Notes under the pieces: model-generated
The model's input: the letters and a program-made list of their open reading frames with translations, nothing else
Databases searched by the model: none
Told to the model about the DNA's origin: nothing
Shown: positions 9,210-16,671 of the stretch, piece after piece
Layout: every line of letters starts with the position of its first letter
Numbering within the stretch: position 1 is the stretch's first letter
Program-made: the position numbers and the translations under genes
NCBI GenBank assembly: GCA_902601455.1
Contig: CACKNC010000001.1
Location: forward strand, 32,240-96,239
Origin: an uncultured Alphaproteobacteria bacterium
GTDB taxonomy: Bacteria; Pseudomonadota; Alphaproteobacteria; HIMB59; GCA-002718135
Reading direction: 5' to 3'
Length of the DNA stretch: 64,000 bases

Positions 9210-10015
9210 TGACTCTCAAACTCTTGATGAAATTGAAATCCTCTAATAGGTGTTGCTTCTCCGCGAGGCTTTGGAGCTACTGGATTCAAAGTGTGTTTTT
9301 TAGAGCCTCTAGCAATTTGTACTGAAAAAAAAGGCCATTTATTAAGATCTGCTTTTACATGTGAAGGAGAATATCTAAAAGTTATACCACATCTTGGTCG
9401 ATCTGAAGAATTCGCATCAGATCCGTGCAAAAGAGCATCAGAGTGAAGAGATATCTCTCCTGCTATTAAATTCATAAAAACAATTTTATTTTTATTAATT
9501 TGATCATCGTCAACTTCTTGATTAAGGATATAATCACTGTTGTTGTTCTCAGTATGCAAATATTTTTTTATCTTATGACTACCTGAAACAATCTTCATTG
9601 CTGAATTATCCTTGTCTGTATCAAAAATTGCAAGCCAAACCGTTACTGAATTTGAAGGTTTTAAAGGCCAATACTGAGAGTCTTGATGCCAAGGAACAAT
9701 ACTTTTACTCAAGGCAGGTTTATAAAAAAATTGCCCACCCCACAAATAAAAATTTGGCCCAAGTAAATCTTCTACATAATCTAAAATTTCAGGAGTGTGT
9801 GCTACATCATAAAATTTTTTACTAGCCTTATGCCACATATTTGTTTTATTGATATCGACGCTACTAGGTAAACGTGTTTTTAATTCATTAAAAAGTAATT
9901 GTAATTCTTCTACCCCTCTTTCAGAAAAAACAGGTAGGTTCTTTATAAAGCCCTCACTATCATATTGAGAAATTTCAGATTTAGTTAACCTTCGAATATT
10001 TTTACTTATTTCCAT
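9200..10015 (-). CDS. PhyH-family Fe(II)/2-oxoglutarate dioxygenase
   Basis: VPWHQDSQYW gives the HxD motif, ISLHSDALLHGSDAN the distal His, and RCGITFRY the 2OG Arg. 271 aa. Confidence 0.75.
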   Translation of the reverse strand: MEISKNIRRLTKSEISQYDSEGFIKNLPVFSERGVEELQLLFNELKTRLPSSVDINKTNMWHKASKKFYDVAHTPEILDYVEDLLGPNFYLWGGQFFYKPALSKSIVPWHQDSQYWPLKPSNSVTVWLAIFDTDKDNSAMKIVSGSHKIKKYLHTENNNSDYILNQEVDDDQINKNKIVFMNLIAGEISLHSDALLHGSDANSSDRPRCGITFRYSPSHVKADLNKWPFFSVQIARGSKKHTLNPVAPKPRGEATPIRGFQFHQEFESQWK

Positions 10016-10862
10016 TATTGTAATCTGTTATTAATTTTTTAAATTTTATTAATTCTTTTTGATCAGCTAACACAGAATGTTTTTTTAAAGGAAATTTTTT
10101 AAAACTTACATCTGCCTGATATTTTTTAAATGCTTTAATTCTTTCTTTTTGAATATCTTGAAAAATTTTATCAAAATTTCTATAACTTTTTGCATGTCTT
10201 GGTGTTTTTGAAGAGTCATTGTGATAACCTAAAATATCTTCAGAAAATAAAAACTGTACATCACTTTTGCTTCCAGAACCTATAGATATAGTTAACATGT
10301 TAGTTATTTTGTTAATTTCAGCCAATATATCTGCTGGAATACACTCTACCTCTACAGCCCAGCATCCAATGTTTTCTAGTTCTTTAATTTCTTCATAAAT
10401 TTTAATGGCTTCTTTCAGTTTTTTTCCTACCGGTTTTACACCACCTGTCCAGGTAGATTTCATTGGAACAAATCCGACATGTCCTTGAAGAGGAATATTA
10501 AATTCACTGATGTATTTTATAAAATTTATATTCCATGAATTTGTATGAATGGAGTCTACGCCTAATTCAATTAGTTTAAAACATTTTCTAGCAATACTCT
10601 CTTTTGATTCATGTTCTGTATATTTAATGCCACAAGTTAGAAATGTATTTGGAGCAGCTTCACGAATTTCTTTTAATCTATCGGCACCTGTTATTAATAA
10701 ATCAATATCTGCTAATTCTGCTGCTGCTGCTTCCTCAGGCGTAATTACATTTATTTGTGTTAGTTTCGTTCTGCCCTTAAGTTCGAGTAAATCTTTGACA
10801 GTGTAGTTCCTATAACCTGCTTGATGAGCTAGTGAATATACTTTCTTGTATTTTTTTTTCAT
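10002..10862 (-). CDS. Divergent PanB (ketopantoate hydroxymethyltransferase) family protein, paralogue 1
   Basis: GHVGFVPMKSTWTGGVKPVGKK, EVECIP, ISIGSGSKSDVQFLFSEDILG and PRHAKSY align by eye with E. coli PanB GHLGLTPQS..GGYKVQGR, LECVP, IGIGAG..DGQILV.HD..G and PKFAKNF. Confidence 0.6.
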   Translation of the reverse strand: MKKKYKKVYSLAHQAGYRNYTVKDLLELKGRTKLTQINVITPEEAAAAELADIDLLITGADRLKEIREAAPNTFLTCGIKYTEHESKESIARKCFKLIELGVDSIHTNSWNINFIKYISEFNIPLQGHVGFVPMKSTWTGGVKPVGKKLKEAIKIYEEIKELENIGCWAVEVECIPADILAEINKITNMLTISIGSGSKSDVQFLFSEDILGYHNDSSKTPRHAKSYRNFDKIFQDIQKERIKAFKKYQADVSFKKFPLKKHSVLADQKELIKFKKLITDYNNGNK

Positions 10863-10865
10863 TTA

Positions 10866-11720
10866 TTAAATATTCACCTTTTGATTATGCAAAAATTTTC
10901 TAAAATTTATCAATTCTTTTTTTTCTAATGAAATTGAATGTTTTTTTGTTGGAAATTTATTTTTTTTAACATCCAATTTAAATTCTTTGAATGCGTTTAT
11001 CCTTTCTTTTTGAAGATTTTGCATTAGATTATCAAAATTCGCATATTGTTTTGCATGTCTTGGAAATTTTATTTGACTTTGACCTAATATATCTTCCGCA
11101 AATAAAAACTGCGCATCAGCAGCATTTCCTGAACCGATAGAAATAGTTACTAAAGATGTCATTTTTGTAATTTCTGCCAAAATATTTTCAGGCACTAGTT
11201 CTACTTCAATTCCCCATGCTCCTGTGTTCTCTATATCTTTAATATCTTTTAAAAGTTCCATTGCTTCTTTTGCTGTTTTGCCAAAAGATCGAATACCGCC
11301 AATCCAAGTTGTTCGTCTTGGTATAAAACCAACATGACTTTGAAAGGGAATTCTAAATTTACTTAAATGTGTCATCCAATCTAAATTCCAATTTTGGCAC
11401 ATCAAAGAGTCTGCACCAGCTTCTATGATTTCAAAAGCTTTTTTTGTTGCCTCTCGTTTTGATGGATTTTCAATAAATGGAACACCAACGGTCATAAACG
11501 TTTTGGCGGCAGCTTTTCTTATTTTATGTAATTCAGGACCAGGACCTGTCAGCAATAAATCTATTCCTGCTTCTTCAGCTGCAGCAGCTTCTTGGGGACT
11601 GGTAACTCTTACTTGGGAGAGTTTCTTTTTACCTTTTAATTCAATGATATCACGTACTGTATAATTACGGTACCCAAGATCATTGTTGATTGAAAAAACT
11701 CTTTTGTATTTTTTGTGCAT
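10866..11720 (-). CDS. Divergent PanB family protein, paralogue 2
   Basis: Roughly half of its positions match the neighbour by eye (YRNYTV+D++ELKG, EAAAAE, SHVGFIPRRTTWIGG, EVELVP, ISIGSGNAADAQFLFAEDILG, PRHAKQY). Confidence 0.6.
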   Translation of the reverse strand: MHKKYKRVFSINNDLGYRNYTVRDIIELKGKKKLSQVRVTSPQEAAAAEEAGIDLLLTGPGPELHKIRKAAAKTFMTVGVPFIENPSKREATKKAFEIIEAGADSLMCQNWNLDWMTHLSKFRIPFQSHVGFIPRRTTWIGGIRSFGKTAKEAMELLKDIKDIENTGAWGIEVELVPENILAEITKMTSLVTISIGSGNAADAQFLFAEDILGQSQIKFPRHAKQYANFDNLMQNLQKERINAFKEFKLDVKKNKFPTKKHSISLEKKELINFRKFLHNQKVNI

Positions 11721-11767
11721 AAAAATTATTCTATATTAATTTTTAACTAGATTTATAAATTTATTAA

Positions 11768-11789
11768 GTTATCATGTAAACATAATAAC
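11768..11789. promoter_or_regulatory. Candidate operator in the divergent promoter: imperfect palindrome GTTATCATGT-AA-ACATAATAAC
   Basis: 9 of 11 arm positions pair. The core ATGT..ACAT fits the generic GntR GT-N-AC operator theme. The right half plus one base (AAACATAATAACT, 11778..11790) recurs exactly at 24546..24558. Confidence 0.3.
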
Positions 11790-11807
11790 TAAAATCAACG
11801 TAAATAT

Positions 11808-12572
11808 ATGAATTTTACTGATAATAAAATAAAAGAAGATTTTAATTCAAATGGATATGCAGCAATTTATTCATTTTTTAATAACGATAAAATTCAAGAA
11901 ATTAAGAATGAAATAGATAGATATATAATTAACATAGTTCCAGCACTACCCAATCATCACGTTTTTTATGAAGATAAATCAGATAAAAGTACTATTAAAA
12001 ACCTTCAACAAATGTTTAACTACGATGATTACTTTAAAAAATTAATTGAAGAGAGTGCAATACAAGAAGTTGCTTCGTTTCTTTTGCAAGAAAAAGCAAT
12101 TCCTAAAAATTTACAATATTTTAACAAACCAGCTGGAGTGGGCAAACCAACACCACCGCATCAAGATGGATATTATTTTATGTTAAAGAAACACAACGCC
12201 GTAACTTGTTGGCTAGCTCTCGAAAAAGTTGATGAAGAAAATGGATGTATCCATTATGTTAAAGGTTCTCATTTAAAGGAAGAATATAGACCTCATGGTA
12301 AATCAAATATACTTGGATTTTCCCAAGGTGTGACTGATTTTGGTACTAATGATGATAAGCTCAATACTGTTTCATTTCCAGGTGAAGCAGGGACTTTCCT
12401 TATACACAATGCTAAAACTATACACTGGGCGGAAGGTAATAAATCTCAAACGAGAACTAGAAAAGCTCTTGGTTTTATATATTATGGAGAGAGCGCAGAA
12501 GAAGATAAGGTAGCACATGAGGCGTATCAACTTAAATTGCGCAAAGAATTGGAACAAAAAAATTTAATATGA
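11808..12572 (+). CDS. PhyH-family Fe(II)/2-oxoglutarate dioxygenase, paralogue A
   Basis: PTPPHQDGYYF gives the HxD motif, FLIHNAKTIHWA the distal His, and RTRKALGFIY the Arg. 254 aa. Confidence 0.75.
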   Translation: MNFTDNKIKEDFNSNGYAAIYSFFNNDKIQEIKNEIDRYIINIVPALPNHHVFYEDKSDKSTIKNLQQMFNYDDYFKKLIEESAIQEVASFLLQEKAIPKNLQYFNKPAGVGKPTPPHQDGYYFMLKKHNAVTCWLALEKVDEENGCIHYVKGSHLKEEYRPHGKSNILGFSQGVTDFGTNDDKLNTVSFPGEAGTFLIHNAKTIHWAEGNKSQTRTRKALGFIYYGESAEEDKVAHEAYQLKLRKELEQKNLI

Positions 12573-13345
12573 ACCTAGAATTCAATATTCCTAACATGGT
12601 TGATTTAAAAAAATCCTATGATGAAGATGGTTATAATCACATCCCTGAATTATTCTCTGCTAGTGACATGGACATTCTTAATAAAGAGTTTAATCGATAT
12701 ATAAAAGACTGCGTCCCTATGATGAAAGACCAAGAAGTGTATTATGTTGATAAATCAAATAAAGATACTTTGATGCAAATGCAAAAATTAGAGGAGTATG
12801 ATAACTTTTTTCATGAATTATTTTTTAATAGTAAAATTAAAGATCTTGCAGCAAATGCCTTAGGGGAAGATGTTGTGCCAAGAGCGATGGAGTATTTTAA
12901 TAAACCTCCAGGTAAGAGTAATCCCACACCTCCCCATCAAGATGGATATTATTTTAATTTAGATAATGATAAAGCTGTTACTGGTTGGTTAGCATTAGAA
13001 GATGTTGATGATGAAAATGGTTGTATTCACTATGTAAAAGGCTCACACAAACATGAATATAGACCTCATGGCAGATCTGAAATATTAGGTTTTTCACAAG
13101 GTGTAACCGACTTTGGTACTGAAGAAGATAAAAAAAATACAGTAAAGTTTGAGGGAAAAGCAGGCATGTTTTTAATGCATGATGCTAAAATTATACATTT
13201 TGCCAGTTCAAACAAATCATCGGTTCGTACTAGAAGGGCTTTTGGTTTTGTTTATCATGGTGTCTCAGCAAAGCATGATGTAGAAAAAGGAAAAGCCTAT
13301 CAAAAAAAATTACATGATGAGCTGAAAGAAAAAAAAATAATCTAA
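12569..13345 (+). CDS. PhyH-family Fe(II)/2-oxoglutarate dioxygenase, paralogue B
   Basis: PTPPHQDGYYF, ENGCIHYVKGSH, GFSQGVTDFGT and FLMHDAKIIHFA closely parallel the upstream gene. 4-nt overlap. Confidence 0.75.
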   Translation: MNLEFNIPNMVDLKKSYDEDGYNHIPELFSASDMDILNKEFNRYIKDCVPMMKDQEVYYVDKSNKDTLMQMQKLEEYDNFFHELFFNSKIKDLAANALGEDVVPRAMEYFNKPPGKSNPTPPHQDGYYFNLDNDKAVTGWLALEDVDDENGCIHYVKGSHKHEYRPHGRSEILGFSQGVTDFGTEEDKKNTVKFEGKAGMFLMHDAKIIHFASSNKSSVRTRRAFGFVYHGVSAKHDVEKGKAYQKKLHDELKEKKII

Positions 13346-13348
13346 TTT

Positions 13349-14269
13349 ATGAAAAATAGAAAAGTGTATATTTCAGGAGATTTAGTGCCTGATAGTGAAG
13401 CTAAGATATCTATTTATGACAGTGCTGTTTTATTAGGTGACACAGTGACAGAATCAACACGTACATTTAATTATAAACCTTTTAAATTAATTGAGCATGT
13501 AGACCGATTATATAAATCTTTAAAATTGACCCGTATTGATCCAGGCATGACTAAAGATGAAATGATCGAAGTAAGTGAAAATTTGCTTGCAGTAAATAAA
13601 GAAACATATGGTGATAATGAAGATTGTTGGTTAGTTCATAATATCTCAAGAGGGTTATCAATTACAGGTGGCAATCCTACTCTGCAGGTAAGTAAGGCAA
13701 CTATCATGATTTATACCCAGCCAATGATTTTACTCCCTTGGGCTAAATTTTACAAAGAAGGATGTCATGCTGTTACTCCGTCAAGCAGAGTAATACCATC
13801 TCAATCTTTAGATCCACGTCTTAAAAATAGAAGTCGACTATTTTATACTTTGGGAGAGATGGAGGCTAAGCTAGTTGATCCTGATGCACAAAGTATAATG
13901 CTTGATATCCATGGAAATGTTGCTGAAAACAAGGGGGGCAATATATTTATAGTCAGAGATGGTAAATTAATTACACCTACTACAGCTAACTGCTTAGAAG
14001 GTTTAACACGTGCCACAACAATTGAAGTTGCTAAATCATTAAATATTGAGGTCATTGAAGCAGTTATTCAACCCTATGATTTATCGACTGCAGATGAGTT
14101 ATTTATGACAAGTACTCCTTATTCAATAATGCCAGCTACTAAATATAACGGTCTGACAATAGCTGATGGAAAAGTAGGCCCAATCACTAAAAAATTACTT
14201 CAAGGTTGGAGTGATAGAGTGGGATTAGATATAGTGAAGCAAGCAGAAGATCAGCTTCACATACATTAA
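13349..14269 (+). CDS. Class IV (fold type IV) aminotransferase, branched-chain / D-amino-acid aminotransferase family
   Basis: ISIYDSAVLLGDTVTE..RTF..KPFKLIEHVDRLYKS, KNRSRL, EGLTRATTIE and ADELFMTST are characteristic class IV motifs. Confidence 0.8.
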   Translation: MKNRKVYISGDLVPDSEAKISIYDSAVLLGDTVTESTRTFNYKPFKLIEHVDRLYKSLKLTRIDPGMTKDEMIEVSENLLAVNKETYGDNEDCWLVHNISRGLSITGGNPTLQVSKATIMIYTQPMILLPWAKFYKEGCHAVTPSSRVIPSQSLDPRLKNRSRLFYTLGEMEAKLVDPDAQSIMLDIHGNVAENKGGNIFIVRDGKLITPTTANCLEGLTRATTIEVAKSLNIEVIEAVIQPYDLSTADELFMTSTPYSIMPATKYNGLTIADGKVGPITKKLLQGWSDRVGLDIVKQAEDQLHIH

Positions 14270-14273
14270 CTTA

Positions 14274-15191
14274 ATGACTATTTTAGAAAGACCCGAGGGA
14301 ATTTGGGGTGCAATTTTATTACCAGTAAAAGATGATAAAATAGATTGGGTTGCTTTCGAAGAACAGGTCAATATTTTATGTGACTCAAGTGTGCATGGCA
14401 TTTATACTAATGGAACAGCAGCAGAATGTCATAATCAAACTGAAGATGAGTTTGATAAATTATCAAATATAGTTTCAACGATAGCTATAAAAAAAAATAA
14501 AAAATTTCAATTAGGTTTAAGTCACACAAATCCGCGTATTTGTCGTGAGAGAGCAAAAAGATTAACTCCGCTAAAACCTGATGGTTTTCAAATAACACTA
14601 CCTGATTGGTGGCCACCAACTTATCAAGAGTCTCTAAATTTTATTATGGGAATGCAGGAAGTTGTGGAAGATACATATCTAATTTTATACAATCCCCCGC
14701 ACGCAAAAGTATTACTTAGTCTGGAAGAAATTTCACAGATGAATGATAAAGCACCAAATCTTATAGGAATAAAATGTGCAGGTGGAGATGAGGCATGGTA
14801 TGAAAAAAGAAGATATTTATTGGGTAATTTTTCTGTTTTTGTTCCTGGCCATAGTGTAGTTTTTGGAAAACCACTTGGTGCCAATGGGTCATACTCAAAC
14901 GTTGCATGCTTTAGCCCAAATGGAGCTGTAAAGATATGGGATTTAATTGATACGGATTTTGAAAAAGCTAAACAAATTGAAAGTAGAATTGTTAATTTTA
15001 TGAAAACACACATTCTTCCGCTTGCAACTAGATTATCTAATACGGGTTTGGATAAATTACTTGCTTGTGTAGGAGGGTGGGGACCAATTTCAGAAAAAGT
15101 ACTATGGCCTTATGAAGGAGCAACATTAGACGAGGTAAATAAAATAAGAGATATTGCTAAGAAAGAACTACCAGAGTTGATGAATGACTAA
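14274..15191 (+). CDS. DapA/DHDPS-family class I (Schiff-base) lyase
   Basis: GIWGAILLPVKDD.IDW.AFEEQVN.L....VHGIYTNGTAAE and IGIKCAGGD (candidate Schiff-base Lys). 305 aa. Confidence 0.65.
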   Translation: MTILERPEGIWGAILLPVKDDKIDWVAFEEQVNILCDSSVHGIYTNGTAAECHNQTEDEFDKLSNIVSTIAIKKNKKFQLGLSHTNPRICRERAKRLTPLKPDGFQITLPDWWPPTYQESLNFIMGMQEVVEDTYLILYNPPHAKVLLSLEEISQMNDKAPNLIGIKCAGGDEAWYEKRRYLLGNFSVFVPGHSVVFGKPLGANGSYSNVACFSPNGAVKIWDLIDTDFEKAKQIESRIVNFMKTHILPLATRLSNTGLDKLLACVGGWGPISEKVLWPYEGATLDEVNKIRDIAKKELPELMND

Positions 15192-16671
15192 AAAAATTTT
15201 TCTTTCAGGAATTTATCACGAAACACATACATTTTTAAGCCAACCTACAACTTTGAATGATTTTATAATTAATATTGGTGATGATATTATTAGAGAAAAC
15301 AAAGGCAATGGCTCACCTACTGATGGTTTCATTGAGTTTGCTTTACAAAAAAACTGGGATATTATTTCAGGAATACAGATGTCTGCAAGACCTTCTGGAA
15401 TAGTAGATGAGGATGCTGAGAATTTTTTTGATACAAATTTTTTTGAAAAATTAGAGCAACATTGCGAAAATATTGATGCAATTTTTTTAATTCTTCATGG
15501 AGCTATGGTTAGTAAAAATCATGATGATTTTGAAGGTGACTTTTTAGAAAAAATTAATCATATTTTAAAGAAAAGAAAAATTACTATTCCAGTGGTGGCT
15601 GTTTTAGATCTTCACGCCAATGTATCTAATAAAATGATTGAAAATAGTAGCTGTGTATATGCTTATAGAAAAAATCCTCACAGTGATTCAAGAGATGCAG
15701 CAATTAAGGCTGCTATAATATTAAATGATTTATTTGATAATTCAAAAGTCAGTCAAGTTAACTATCAAACTAAATATATTTTACCCCCAACAGGTGTGGG
15801 AACAGCGAACGATCCTATGAAATCAGTTTTATTTGAAGCAAATAGAATAGAAAAAAGTGACAAAGATATTATTTGTATTAACGTAATGGCTGGTTACTCT
15901 TATGCTGATATTGCTGATTGTGGTTTTAGTTTAAATTGCTGCACAAAGGGAGATTTAAAAGTTGCAAAAAATTATTTAGTATCCCTTGCTAATGTTCTTG
16001 AAGAAAAAATAAATTTTGGGTACCCTAAAGAAAATACTTTAGAAGAAGTATTAGAAAAAATTAAATCACTACCTGTATTAGATAAACCAATACTACTTAT
16101 TGAGCCTGCAGATAATATTGGAGGAGGTACACCGGGAGATGCAACAGATTTACTAAGTCGTTTATTGGATTCTAACCAAGAGGGAATTGTAGCAATAATT
16201 AATGACCCTGAATCTGCTAAGTATTGTCATCAGCATAATGTAGGTTATGAAATAGGGCTTAATATTGGTGGAAAATTTGATGATTTTCATGGAGCACCAA
16301 TTAAATTAAAAGCTACAATTCAAAAATTATCAAATGGGAAATTTACTCTAAAAAATAAACAATCTCATTTGGCATCCATGATGGGAATGAATATAGATAT
16401 GGGATTATCAGCTGTGGTAAAAAACAAACAACTAACATTATTGTTAACATCAATTAAGACACCTCCAATGGATTTAGGGCAGTTAATTTCACAAGATATT
16501 TCACCAGAAGATGCAAAATTAATAGTCATCAAAGCTGCTGTATCCCATAAAGATGCTTATGATCCAATTGCCTCTCATAGTTTTTATATTGATAGTCAGG
16601 GGTTGTGCACGAGTAATCTCAAAAGATTACCATTCAAAAAAATTGGTAATAAAATTATTTCCCTAAATTAA
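15184..16671 (+). CDS. MlrC-like (M81 family) metallopeptidase
   Basis: 495 aa. The N-terminus IFLSGIYHETHTF matches the MlrC N-terminal HETNTF motif; LILHGAMV and LDLHAN are also present. 8-nt overlap with the previous gene. Confidence 0.7.
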   Translation: MTKKIFLSGIYHETHTFLSQPTTLNDFIINIGDDIIRENKGNGSPTDGFIEFALQKNWDIISGIQMSARPSGIVDEDAENFFDTNFFEKLEQHCENIDAIFLILHGAMVSKNHDDFEGDFLEKINHILKKRKITIPVVAVLDLHANVSNKMIENSSCVYAYRKNPHSDSRDAAIKAAIILNDLFDNSKVSQVNYQTKYILPPTGVGTANDPMKSVLFEANRIEKSDKDIICINVMAGYSYADIADCGFSLNCCTKGDLKVAKNYLVSLANVLEEKINFGYPKENTLEEVLEKIKSLPVLDKPILLIEPADNIGGGTPGDATDLLSRLLDSNQEGIVAIINDPESAKYCHQHNVGYEIGLNIGGKFDDFHGAPIKLKATIQKLSNGKFTLKNKQSHLASMMGMNIDMGLSAVVKNKQLTLLLTSIKTPPMDLGQLISQDISPEDAKLIVIKAAVSHKDAYDPIASHSFYIDSQGLCTSNLKRLPFKKIGNKIISLN

